Below are positions 56,417 to 64,000 of a stretch of 64,000 bases of DNA, one piece after another (position 1 is the stretch's first letter; each line of letters starts with the position of its first letter). This DNA is from a virus. The notes under the pieces are model-generated. The model was not told where the DNA came from. It did not search any database and saw nothing but the letters and a program-made list of their open reading frames with translations. The translations under genes and the position numbers were made by a program. The stretch lies in the IMG/VR virus record IMGVR_UViG_3300036766_002281, positions 10,630-74,629 of that record. One strand, 5' to 3'.

Positions 56417-56968
56417 ATGTATATTAATGGACCATCAGGAAAAGTAGCAGATATAACGCCAGATTTTAGATTACGTACATTGTCATTAATTGAGCCTTTA
56501 ATGCATGGAATGGCGGAAGCTGGAAAGGCATGGACAGTTCCTATAACTGCCGCAGCATCAATTACTGATACTCCATTTTTCTTTTTTAATAATTTATGGG
56601 ATGTTCCATTAGATTTTCATGCTTTATTAATATCAAGTTCTAGCTCTGGATTAGCTACTGTTGAATATGGTCGTACTTATACGTCTGGCGGCACAAGTAG
56701 AACTACCGTAGCTCAATTAAATACATTATCTGCCAATACGCCAACATTTCAAGCATATTATGGAACATTAGTACTTGCGGGTACAAATACAGATGTTGTT
56801 TATGCCAGAGTTCCAGTAGATACCCCAATTGATCTTCTTGCTGGGTTACAAGCATTTCAAGTTTTTGCTGGCGGTATATTTGCAGTTAGGTTTAAAGCAG
56901 ATGCAGGAACACCGACAGTAGCATTGACCTCATATCTTCATGGACCTGAACCTTGGTCAAACGACTAA
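56417..56968 (+). CDS. putative structural protein, distant paralog of neighbours
   Basis: GPSGKVADITPDFRL; same length as the upstream gene. Confidence 0.6.
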   Translation: MYINGPSGKVADITPDFRLRTLSLIEPLMHGMAEAGKAWTVPITAAASITDTPFFFFNNLWDVPLDFHALLISSSSSGLATVEYGRTYTSGGTSRTTVAQLNTLSANTPTFQAYYGTLVLAGTNTDVVYARVPVDTPIDLLAGLQAFQVFAGGIFAVRFKADAGTPTVALTSYLHGPEPWSND

Positions 56969-56971
56969 TAT

Positions 56972-57628
56972 ATGTTAAATATTAATATTCAAGATCCAAA
57001 AGATACAAGTAAAAAGGCAGGGGTTGATAGTGACGGTTTTTTGCAAGTTATTGGCGCATCATGGCCACTTGCAGGTTTTAGCCCAAGAATATACCCGTAT
57101 CGGCAACAAATGACATTAAACGGCGTTGTCGGCGCATCAAGCGATATGAGAGTTAATGGGTCTGTAACAAATCAAATATTTGCTTTACCTCGACCTGCTA
57201 CAACTTTAAATGAGGATTTATATATAACAACATTATCTATAGTTATTGCAGATACATTACCAGCTTTAAATCAATTTGGAAATAAAACAGCAATGGTCAC
57301 AGGATGTTTATTACAATACATAACAGCGTTAAGATCAACTGTTTTAAATCCCTCTTTAAAATCAAATTGGGATTTTGTACGTATGGCTCTTGGAAGTCCA
57401 GCCTTTGGCGCAACAACAAATGCTTTTTATGCTTCAAACGTTTCTGGTACATCTGAAGCATATATTCCAATTATGGATTTAACTAAATATTCGCCTCCAT
57501 GGGGTATTCGATTATCAAGAAATACAACAGAGGCTTTACAATTTATTGTTAAAGATGATTTATCCGCGACAAGTACACGATATGTAACACAATTTGATAT
57601 TGTTGCACTAGGGTTTACAAGGATATAA
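56972..57628 (+). CDS. putative structural protein
   Basis: KAGVDSDGFL; DMRVNGS; LQFIVKDDLS. Confidence 0.6.
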   Translation: MLNINIQDPKDTSKKAGVDSDGFLQVIGASWPLAGFSPRIYPYRQQMTLNGVVGASSDMRVNGSVTNQIFALPRPATTLNEDLYITTLSIVIADTLPALNQFGNKTAMVTGCLLQYITALRSTVLNPSLKSNWDFVRMALGSPAFGATTNAFYASNVSGTSEAYIPIMDLTKYSPPWGIRLSRNTTEALQFIVKDDLSATSTRYVTQFDIVALGFTRI

Positions 57629-57629
57629 T

Positions 57630-57959
57630 ATGAGTATTCGTGCGACAAATTTAATAGCAGTTCCTAATGGGGTTGAGACATATCTAGTGGGTTCTGTAGG
57701 TACACTAATAATACCCACATCTCAAAAATTAAAAGATCTATTTATTAGCGCTTCTGTTATAGGTACATGGAGAATTTATATTAGCGCATTGAATATATTA
57801 AGTGATGGGACCTATGCAAATTCAACATTAATTTTTAGATTAGCTGCGAATAACCCATTTAAGTTGCCATTAAATGAAATAGGAATAAGAGGCATAGCAG
57901 TATCAATAACACCTGATGCAGCAGGTAATGCTTGTGCATTTGCATCATTAATACCATAA
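57630..57959 (+). CDS. putative structural protein
   Basis: 109 aa, beta-rich. Confidence 0.55.
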   Translation: MSIRATNLIAVPNGVETYLVGSVGTLIIPTSQKLKDLFISASVIGTWRIYISALNILSDGTYANSTLIFRLAANNPFKLPLNEIGIRGIAVSITPDAAGNACAFASLIP

Positions 57960-57972
57960 GGGAGACTTTATA

Positions 57973-58362
57973 ATGGCAGTACCAGCAGCAAGTGGAATAA
58001 TAAGAGTACCTTCAATACTATGTGTTACAGCGACTGGGGCCGCTGGGGCAGGTGTAACTGCAACACTAGCAGCTATCGCAAGTCAATATCATTTAATTAC
58101 AAAGATAGTAATTCAAAAATTTGCGACTGCTCTTTTAACTGCAGCGGCAACTCCTGTAATTGTTACAACGACAAATCTTCCTGCTGCTATGACATTTAAT
58201 TTTCCCGCAGATGCCGCTGCACAAGGGACATTAGTAACATTAGAGTTAGATTTTTCATCGCCATTAACATCAGCAGTATTAAATACGGCTACAACAATCG
58301 TATGTCCTGCTACTACAGCAATTATTTGGAATATTGGAGTGTATTATTATAGCACAACTTAG
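57973..58362 (+). CDS. Ala/Thr-rich putative structural protein
   Basis: ATGAAGAGVTATL; NTATTIVCPA. Confidence 0.6.
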   Translation: MAVPAASGIIRVPSILCVTATGAAGAGVTATLAAIASQYHLITKIVIQKFATALLTAAATPVIVTTTNLPAAMTFNFPADAAAQGTLVTLELDFSSPLTSAVLNTATTIVCPATTAIIWNIGVYYYSTT

Positions 58363-58403
58363 TAATCAAACAACAATCAATCAAACAAACGAAGGAGAAC
58401 AAA

Positions 58404-58892
58404 ATGAAAATATTAAAAAGTTTTTTCATAGGGTTGTTTCTGCTCACAGTAGTGGCCACTCCATCTTTTGCTTTCACTTGGAGTGATATTATGACCTTCA
58501 AATCATCTACAGAAGCTGGGTATACCCCCTCTACTGCTTGGTTAAAGAATACTAGTGTTGACCCACAAGCATTTTTAGCTACTGGGGTTTGTGGGCCTCA
58601 TTTGTTAGAAGTTAGTCAAAGTAATGGTCGTGTTTTGGGGCAGTTACTTGCCTTCTGTGTTTTTGGTACAGCACCGATTGAAAGCTCCAGTGCTGAACAG
58701 AATCAGGTCGGTGGGGCAGGTGGGCTTCAAATTTTTAAAACCTTTGGATTTGAAGCAGGTATTGGAAGCGATGCTAAACGTGGAGGTCTAGTAACTTGGC
58801 TAGGATTCAATCCTATATCGAGCTTACAGTCTGCTATTGGAGCGGTTCAACCAAGTAGCTTAACGTTACCCAGTGGGGCAGTTATTCCTTAA
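58404..58892 (+). CDS. exported protein
   Basis: Signal peptide ending PSFA. Confidence 0.65.
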   Translation: MKILKSFFIGLFLLTVVATPSFAFTWSDIMTFKSSTEAGYTPSTAWLKNTSVDPQAFLATGVCGPHLLEVSQSNGRVLGQLLAFCVFGTAPIESSSAEQNQVGGAGGLQIFKTFGFEAGIGSDAKRGGLVTWLGFNPISSLQSAIGAVQPSSLTLPSGAVIP

Positions 58893-58908
58893 CATTGTAA
58901 AGCTAATA

Positions 58909-58945
58909 TACCTAGGATGCTGTCTACCAGACAGCATCCTAGGTA
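58909..58945. terminator. perfect 17-bp hairpin
   Basis: TACCTAGGATGCTGTCT-ACC-AGACAGCATCCTAGGTA; no clear U-tract. Confidence 0.55.
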
Positions 58946-58965
58946 GTTGATAGGAGGGAATTAAA

Positions 58966-59385
58966 ATGATCGATCTTCAACACAGTCAAATTGTAATGGT
59001 TCTAGTTGCATCGGCAGGTCCATATTTAACTCAGTTTGTGCATTTTGGAATAGAATGGCTAACAAATTCAGTTCCATTTTGGATGAAACCTTTGTTACCA
59101 ATTTTTATGGGCATGGTGGCTTCTTCAATTTCTAAGTATGCAGGGGTGGAGCTTCCACTTGGTCTAAGCCATATTTCAGAAGATCAAATAGTTCAAATTA
59201 CTGGATCTGGGTATGTTCTTGGAACTATATCCGCACATCTGAATGATTTTTTGGATGGTCTAAAGAAAACGCATTCTCCTGATACAAATATGGGCAAGCT
59301 TTTGAATGCCCTGACTGGGGCACATACACCGAGCCAAATGAGGATGCATGTTAGACAGGCTCCAACGATTCCGCCTGCTGTTTAG
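58966..59385 (+). CDS. multi-pass membrane protein (holin-like?)
   Basis: Two or three hydrophobic segments; the holin call is inference. Confidence 0.5.
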   Translation: MIDLQHSQIVMVLVASAGPYLTQFVHFGIEWLTNSVPFWMKPLLPIFMGMVASSISKYAGVELPLGLSHISEDQIVQITGSGYVLGTISAHLNDFLDGLKKTHSPDTNMGKLLNALTGAHTPSQMRMHVRQAPTIPPAV

Positions 59386-59444
59386 ATGGTAGATTAAAGA
59401 ACGGTAATCAAAGTATATTACTGTAATAGGTTCATTTAGCAAGG

Positions 59445-59807
59445 ATGGAAGGAAAAATAAGTATGTCGACTGATACCCCTCAAACTTCTGCAACAGAAGT
59501 TATCCCTCAATCTTTTTTATTTTCAATCGAATTTCGTGGAAAGCATTATGTAGGAAAAACCACAAATCAAAAAACAGCTGGAGGAGAAGTAATCGTCTTA
59601 ATGGATGTAATCGAATTTTCTTTGTATGCTGATAAGAAAGGTGCCCACAGTTATTCAGGATGTTATCTTGGGGATCTTCTACCCTTGAAAACATCTGAAT
59701 ATCTTCTTCATCGTATCAATGAAAAAAGTCCGTTGTATATGGGATACTTTTCTACTTTAGCTGATATGCAAAAACAGAAAAATACCTTGGAGCAAATTCC
59801 AGCGTGA
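59445..59807 (+). CDS. hypothetical protein
   Basis: 120 aa. Confidence 0.6.
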   Translation: MEGKISMSTDTPQTSATEVIPQSFLFSIEFRGKHYVGKTTNQKTAGGEVIVLMDVIEFSLYADKKGAHSYSGCYLGDLLPLKTSEYLLHRINEKSPLYMGYFSTLADMQKQKNTLEQIPA

Positions 59808-60214
59808 AGGCTATTAAAAGAAGTTTTAATATAGAAGGAACTGTAAAATCTTTAGTTGATGCCCATAATCAGTTAGGGGATTTAATAAACAAGCAGGTAA
59901 TTCCTCTGCACAATGAGTTGGCAACTGGCACATCTTCAAGCATCGATCAAATAGCGGGGCAATTGCAAGAAATGGCAAGAGCTATTGATCAACTTCACGG
60001 ACGAATTGGAAGACTTGAAAACGATGCTAAACTACACTCTTTTCATATGAACAAGATTCAAATTGAAAATACTGCTTTAAGAAAATGTTTAGCTGTCGCA
60101 GGAATAGATATCGAAAAGTTTAAGGACGTAGTAGACCAATTGTTAACTGAAGAATTTCTAGTTAATAGCGACTACGTTCCTGCAGGAAATGTTAAAATTA
60201 CAGAGTACAACTGA
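59804..60214 (+). CDS. coiled-coil hypothetical protein
   Basis: GTGA overlap; heptad pattern. Confidence 0.65.
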   Translation: MKAIKRSFNIEGTVKSLVDAHNQLGDLINKQVIPLHNELATGTSSSIDQIAGQLQEMARAIDQLHGRIGRLENDAKLHSFHMNKIQIENTALRKCLAVAGIDIEKFKDVVDQLLTEEFLVNSDYVPAGNVKITEYN

Positions 60215-60259
60215 ATTAACCAAAATTGTAAATTTTGGGTTGTATAGGAGTTCACTTCA

Positions 60260-61426
60260 ATTAAGATCATTAAAACTAAGCGTGACTGCCCAATTGAATT
60301 TGTTAGCGATAGCAATGTTTTAGTACGTATTCAGATGAATCGTGATTGCAAGTATGTGATGTCTGACGGGGTAGTACAAAAAACCATGGGGTTGTTTGGA
60401 GCTAATTGTTTAACGGTTGAGCAAGATTTTCAGGGGCTTCCAAATCGATACAATAATCATAATTTAGATGGGAAAAAACTGCTTGTAATACGAGAAGGTG
60501 GAGCAGGGGATCTGTTGTTCAATACTCCTGTTTTTAAGTACTTAAAAGAAAAGTATCCAACTTGTGAAATTGGTCTGGCTTGCATGCCAGTATATTCTAG
60601 TCTTTTTAATAATCATCCTCATATTGATAAAGTTTATCCTCACGTAATGTCTTATGAAGAATTTCAAATCTATGATTATTTTGCTACGTTTGAAGGCATT
60701 ATTGAAACCAACATCGATGCCCAGTTTATAAATGCTTACGATCTATTCATAGAAAGATATGGAATTTCTTTAACTGAAATACCAGATAAAACTCCAATTA
60801 TTTCTGTGAGTGACAGAACAAAAGAGTTTTGGATCAGTGTTTTAGGACATAGACTTGGACAGAAAAATATTGGAATACAGCTTCGTGCTAGTTCTCCAGT
60901 AAGAACTATTCCGTTGGAAATGAACGCTGAAATTATTCGAAAGCTTATCAACAGTGGTTATACTGTATTTCTTTTGGATTCTCTATCTAGAAAACAAGAT
61001 ATAGCGAATTTTATAGCATCTTTTCAGTTATATGAAGCAGTGGATGCCTCAAAGTATTCTGACAATTTTGAACGATTGGCAGGAATTATTTCTTTGATGG
61101 ATTTATTTGTGGGGCCTGATAGTTCTGGTACTCACATTGCAGCAGCTTTAGATAAACCAATCGTAGGATTGTACGGACCATTCAGATCCCATTTAAGACT
61201 AAAATATTATAAAAAGGCAGTTGGAATTGATGCTCAGGCTCAAAGATGTAATTCTGGGCGTGGATGCTACCAACATGAGTACTCACTTTGCAATTTTGCA
61301 ATTGAGCTGGGCATAGACCAGGCTCCATGTTGGTCCCTGCTTAATACTGATATAGTGGTTCAACAGGTCGAAAAACTTTGGAACAAAGTATATACTAAAG
61401 ATAAGGAACTAGTAAATGCAAGTTAA
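60260..61426 (+). CDS. glycosyltransferase family 9 (heptosyltransferase-like); probable ATT start at 60260
   Basis: LLVIREGGAGDLLF.TP; DLFVGPDSSGTHIAAALDKP.VGLYGP. Confidence 0.88.
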   Translation: MKIIKTKRDCPIEFVSDSNVLVRIQMNRDCKYVMSDGVVQKTMGLFGANCLTVEQDFQGLPNRYNNHNLDGKKLLVIREGGAGDLLFNTPVFKYLKEKYPTCEIGLACMPVYSSLFNNHPHIDKVYPHVMSYEEFQIYDYFATFEGIIETNIDAQFINAYDLFIERYGISLTEIPDKTPIISVSDRTKEFWISVLGHRLGQKNIGIQLRASSPVRTIPLEMNAEIIRKLINSGYTVFLLDSLSRKQDIANFIASFQLYEAVDASKYSDNFERLAGIISLMDLFVGPDSSGTHIAAALDKPIVGLYGPFRSHLRLKYYKKAVGIDAQAQRCNSGRGCYQHEYSLCNFAIELGIDQAPCWSLLNTDIVVQQVEKLWNKVYTKDKELVNAS

Positions 61427-62393
61427 ATTGAGTGATGGAACGGAAATTTTTAATCTACTTGATACCAGATCCCCACTCGAATTCAGGGGAATATTTCAGA
61501 ATAGTAATTGTATGGGTCTTAGAGTTCATGGGTTAATTGGAGACTGTATAAAAGCTACAACTGTTCTTTCTGAGCTGATAAAAGAAGATCCCACGCGTAC
61601 TTATGTATTTTTGATTTCTTACAAGGACGAAACAAAAGGATCGCTTATAAAAGATATTTTTTCTGATTTGATCGCTAAGGGACTTATTGTTGGATTATTT
61701 TTAAACAACTATCAAATCGTAGGAAATATGAGTTTTTTGCAGTGGTCTTTTTTAAGAGATCTTGGATGTGATATAGCACTTGATCTATATTTTCATTCGT
61801 CTGATGAGTACAAACGCAGAAAAACTGGAATTGCCTATTTAGGATTTGAGCAACCTCAATCAAGTCCAACGAAGGTGGCTCTATTTCGTTATAGTGGATT
61901 TCATCAGCACGTTCCTTTACGACACATCCCAGAAAAAGAATGGTTGGAGATTGAAGATCATTTACTGAATTTAGGATTGGATGTTCATTTGTATGGGCAG
62001 GATGATACAATGAGAACTCTAGTTAAGCCGGATAATGATTTTAGAAAGAAGTTGTCAGTTCTAGGAACTATCAAACATTCAGCGGATTCTGGTCTATGTA
62101 TCAGTACTACGACTTTTCTTCCTCATTATCTTTCTCATTTTATTCCTTGTCTTGTATTCTGTGATCCGATAGATATTCCTGCTTTATGCTTACAATGGAG
62201 ATCAAACCATAATTTTATGCCTATAGATACAACCAAAGTTGATCACGTTTCTTACGTAAAGGAATTTGCAAGTCGTTGGTATCTAGCAAATACTAATGCT
62301 ATCAGTACAATGAGAACTTTAGTGGAAGCGTTATCAAAACAACCTGTAAATGTAAAGACAACGTCTTCACAATTGCAAATGGAGGTACAGTAA
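61416..62393 (+). CDS. putative glycosyltransferase (GT-B, GT9-like)
   Basis: GLIGDCI; R.IP..EW; located within the GT cluster. Confidence 0.55.
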   Translation: MQVKLSDGTEIFNLLDTRSPLEFRGIFQNSNCMGLRVHGLIGDCIKATTVLSELIKEDPTRTYVFLISYKDETKGSLIKDIFSDLIAKGLIVGLFLNNYQIVGNMSFLQWSFLRDLGCDIALDLYFHSSDEYKRRKTGIAYLGFEQPQSSPTKVALFRYSGFHQHVPLRHIPEKEWLEIEDHLLNLGLDVHLYGQDDTMRTLVKPDNDFRKKLSVLGTIKHSADSGLCISTTTFLPHYLSHFIPCLVFCDPIDIPALCLQWRSNHNFMPIDTTKVDHVSYVKEFASRWYLANTNAISTMRTLVEALSKQPVNVKTTSSQLQMEVQ

Positions 62394-62801
62394 ATGAATA
62401 ATCTGCAATGCGACGATTTCAAGGTAAACAGAGACAATGTAGTACAAATGAATTACGTTAAATCTTCAGAATATACGGATAGGTCAGGAAATGTTACAAC
62501 AGTTGGAATAAGTCTTGATTGTCCTACAAATTATGTTGGAGTTGGTGGTTCTGGTACTGCCCTGTGGCAGGAGACTAATCTTCCAAGTCCTTGGGGATAT
62601 TACTGGTATTCTCCAGTAGTAACTCTGCCCTACCTTCCTTGTAATCATTACTATGATTACAATCGAATTCAGAAACTAGAAGATCGAGTAAGGAAATTGG
62701 AAGTCAAGCTAAGAAAATTCACAATTGATGATGAGATAAAAGAAATGGAAGAGAAGCTCAAGGCTATGAAAGAGGAGAAAAAGAATCTCGCAAAAAGATG
62801 A
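62394..62801 (+). CDS. hypothetical protein with C-terminal coiled coil
   Basis: 135 aa. Confidence 0.6.
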   Translation: MNNLQCDDFKVNRDNVVQMNYVKSSEYTDRSGNVTTVGISLDCPTNYVGVGGSGTALWQETNLPSPWGYYWYSPVVTLPYLPCNHYYDYNRIQKLEDRVRKLEVKLRKFTIDDEIKEMEEKLKAMKEEKKNLAKR

Positions 62802-62986
62802 GTGCCGAAAAAGCCAAATTTTGGGTCCAAATTGCTCTTGATAATTTAAGCTGTTCTGTTTTTCTGCGAGTGGACGGACTTAAAGAGGATCGAAGGGAAT
62901 CTTCTGATAGGATAAAAAGAGCTTTGAACGAAGCGATGGCAGAGTTAAATAATCACTTGGATGGAAAGGAAAGAAGTAATGAGTAA
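62798..62986 (+). CDS. hypothetical protein
   Basis: 62 aa; ATGA overlap. Confidence 0.5.
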   Translation: MSAEKAKFWVQIALDNLSCSVFLRVDGLKEDRRESSDRIKRALNEAMAELNNHLDGKERSNE

Positions 62987-63707
62987 ACTTATGTTGGCAT
63001 CAAATTTTCAGGATGAGATTGGAAACGTGGAAGTGATCTGGAATATTTTTAAGGACGTTGTGGATGGCTGGGTTGTAGTCGACAGCGGTTCGACCGATGG
63101 TACTCAGCAAAAATTAAAAGATTTAGTGGGTGAGAAATTAACTTTAATTGAATCAGATATGATCAAGCAAAACGGTTATGGATACGCCAGAACCAAATTA
63201 ATTGAGTATTCTGTTGATGCTGATTGGGTTTTGATTTTTGATGGAGATGAAAGAATGTCTCCTGAAAGCGTAACAAAGTTGAAGGCGCTTATGGACGGAC
63301 CTTCTCCTGATTACGACATGGTCTGGCTGCCCCGATGCCACTTTCAAGATTGGGAAATGACAAAGGTCGAATACGGAAGCATGGAACGAACTGGTCCTAG
63401 CTGGAGGGAAGCCATACAAATAAATCCAGATTGGCAGCCTCGCCTCATTCGTCGGACTATGATCGATGGTAAGTCCAAAATTCAATTCATGAAAAGAGTA
63501 CATGAGCGTCCTCAAGGAATTCAATCTGCTTTAAATAGTTTGGAAAGCCCGGTTATTTTTCATTTTGGATGGATGAAATCTCCGGAACGATTGAAAATGG
63601 TATCTAGTCTTTGCGATAAGTTATGGCAGATGGATCAACAAGGAGAACCATTACAAATGTCTTACGAACAAGCCTGTAAAGAAAATAAATGGAGTTTCAC
63701 AAAGTAA
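62979..63707 (+). CDS. glycosyltransferase family 2
   Basis: VVVDSGSTDGT, YGYAR, DWVLIFDGDE, PDWQPRL, RVHE, HFGW. Confidence 0.88.
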   Translation: MSKLMLASNFQDEIGNVEVIWNIFKDVVDGWVVVDSGSTDGTQQKLKDLVGEKLTLIESDMIKQNGYGYARTKLIEYSVDADWVLIFDGDERMSPESVTKLKALMDGPSPDYDMVWLPRCHFQDWEMTKVEYGSMERTGPSWREAIQINPDWQPRLIRRTMIDGKSKIQFMKRVHERPQGIQSALNSLESPVIFHFGWMKSPERLKMVSSLCDKLWQMDQQGEPLQMSYEQACKENKWSFTK

Positions 63708-63736
63708 GTAAGTAAAGGTAAAGGAAAAAATCGATC

Positions 63737-64000
63737 TTGGAAATAGCCTTAAAAGAACTGAATCCATTGTGGATTAAGCATAGAGATAAAAATGTAGGTC
63801 TTATGATAAAATGCCCAATTGAGGGTTGTAAATGTAAAGGTACTGCATTAGCCTTTTATTTTAATCATCCTTCTCGTCCGAAACGTGAAGTAAGTGGAGA
63901 AGATTCTTTTGAAACAATAACTTTTGAAACAGGTTTAAGTGGTGTTAAATTTGGTTGCACATTTGTTGGAACTTTAAAAAATGGTACAGTTTCTTGGTAA
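63737..64000 (+). CDS. hypothetical protein
   Basis: 87 aa, TTG start, TAA at the window end. Confidence 0.55.
   Translation: MEIALKELNPLWIKHRDKNVGLMIKCPIEGCKCKGTALAFYFNHPSRPKREVSGEDSFETITFETGLSGVKFGCTFVGTLKNGTVSW

Noticed and set aside
216-63524. Minus-strand and nested alternative-frame ORFs in the track
   Set aside because: They are shadows of longer + strand genes with recognisable motifs. None has a convincing RBS or domain.
1-64000. Stop-codon reassignment (seen in some large phages)
   Set aside because: Long genes are intact under code 11, and TAA, TAG and TGA all end genes at sensible positions.
1-64000. tRNA or rRNA genes
   Set aside because: No cloverleaf with T-loop GTTCGA and a matching acceptor stem was seen in the intergenic gaps by eye. 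tRNAscan-SE would be needed to be certain.

Overview
This is a 64-kb, AT-rich stretch of a large (jumbo-type) tailed dsDNA phage genome, coding almost entirely on the + strand. It contains a dispersed head module: putative TerS and TerL (27-30.5 kb), an intein-interrupted portal (43.3 kb), a prohead protease/scaffold (46.9 kb), a decoration protein, an HK97-like major capsid protein (50.8 kb), repeat-rich fibre-like proteins and glycosyltransferases. Accessory genes are interleaved: class II RNR, an FtsZ-like GTPase, TnpB, HNH-AP2, an M15 endolysin, a PLD nuclease, Fn3 and outer-membrane proteins, two CX5R phosphatases, and Nudix-HAD and NTase-2H fusions. The most striking unexplained structure lies at 6.7-19.2 kb. 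It comprises 15 copies of a ~31-aa leader (consensus MLxKIKEFQRxAxxLxRxxNSVEEFKLWLEA, often followed by K-T-A) attached to mostly unrelated acidic cargo domains, with mosaic DNA identity between copies. A K/R-x-A motif also punctuates the long acidic polyproteins, the scaffold and the MCP. Together these suggest a modular capsid-targeting and protease-processing cargo system (inference). Other notable items are a 57-aa ORF carrying an MCP segment, an IscB-type PLMP domain fused to the post-MCP gene behind a structured RNA, three probable ATT-start genes, scattered IS605-end relics and pervasive hexamer microsatellites. All calls are from motif recognition by eye; no searches were run.
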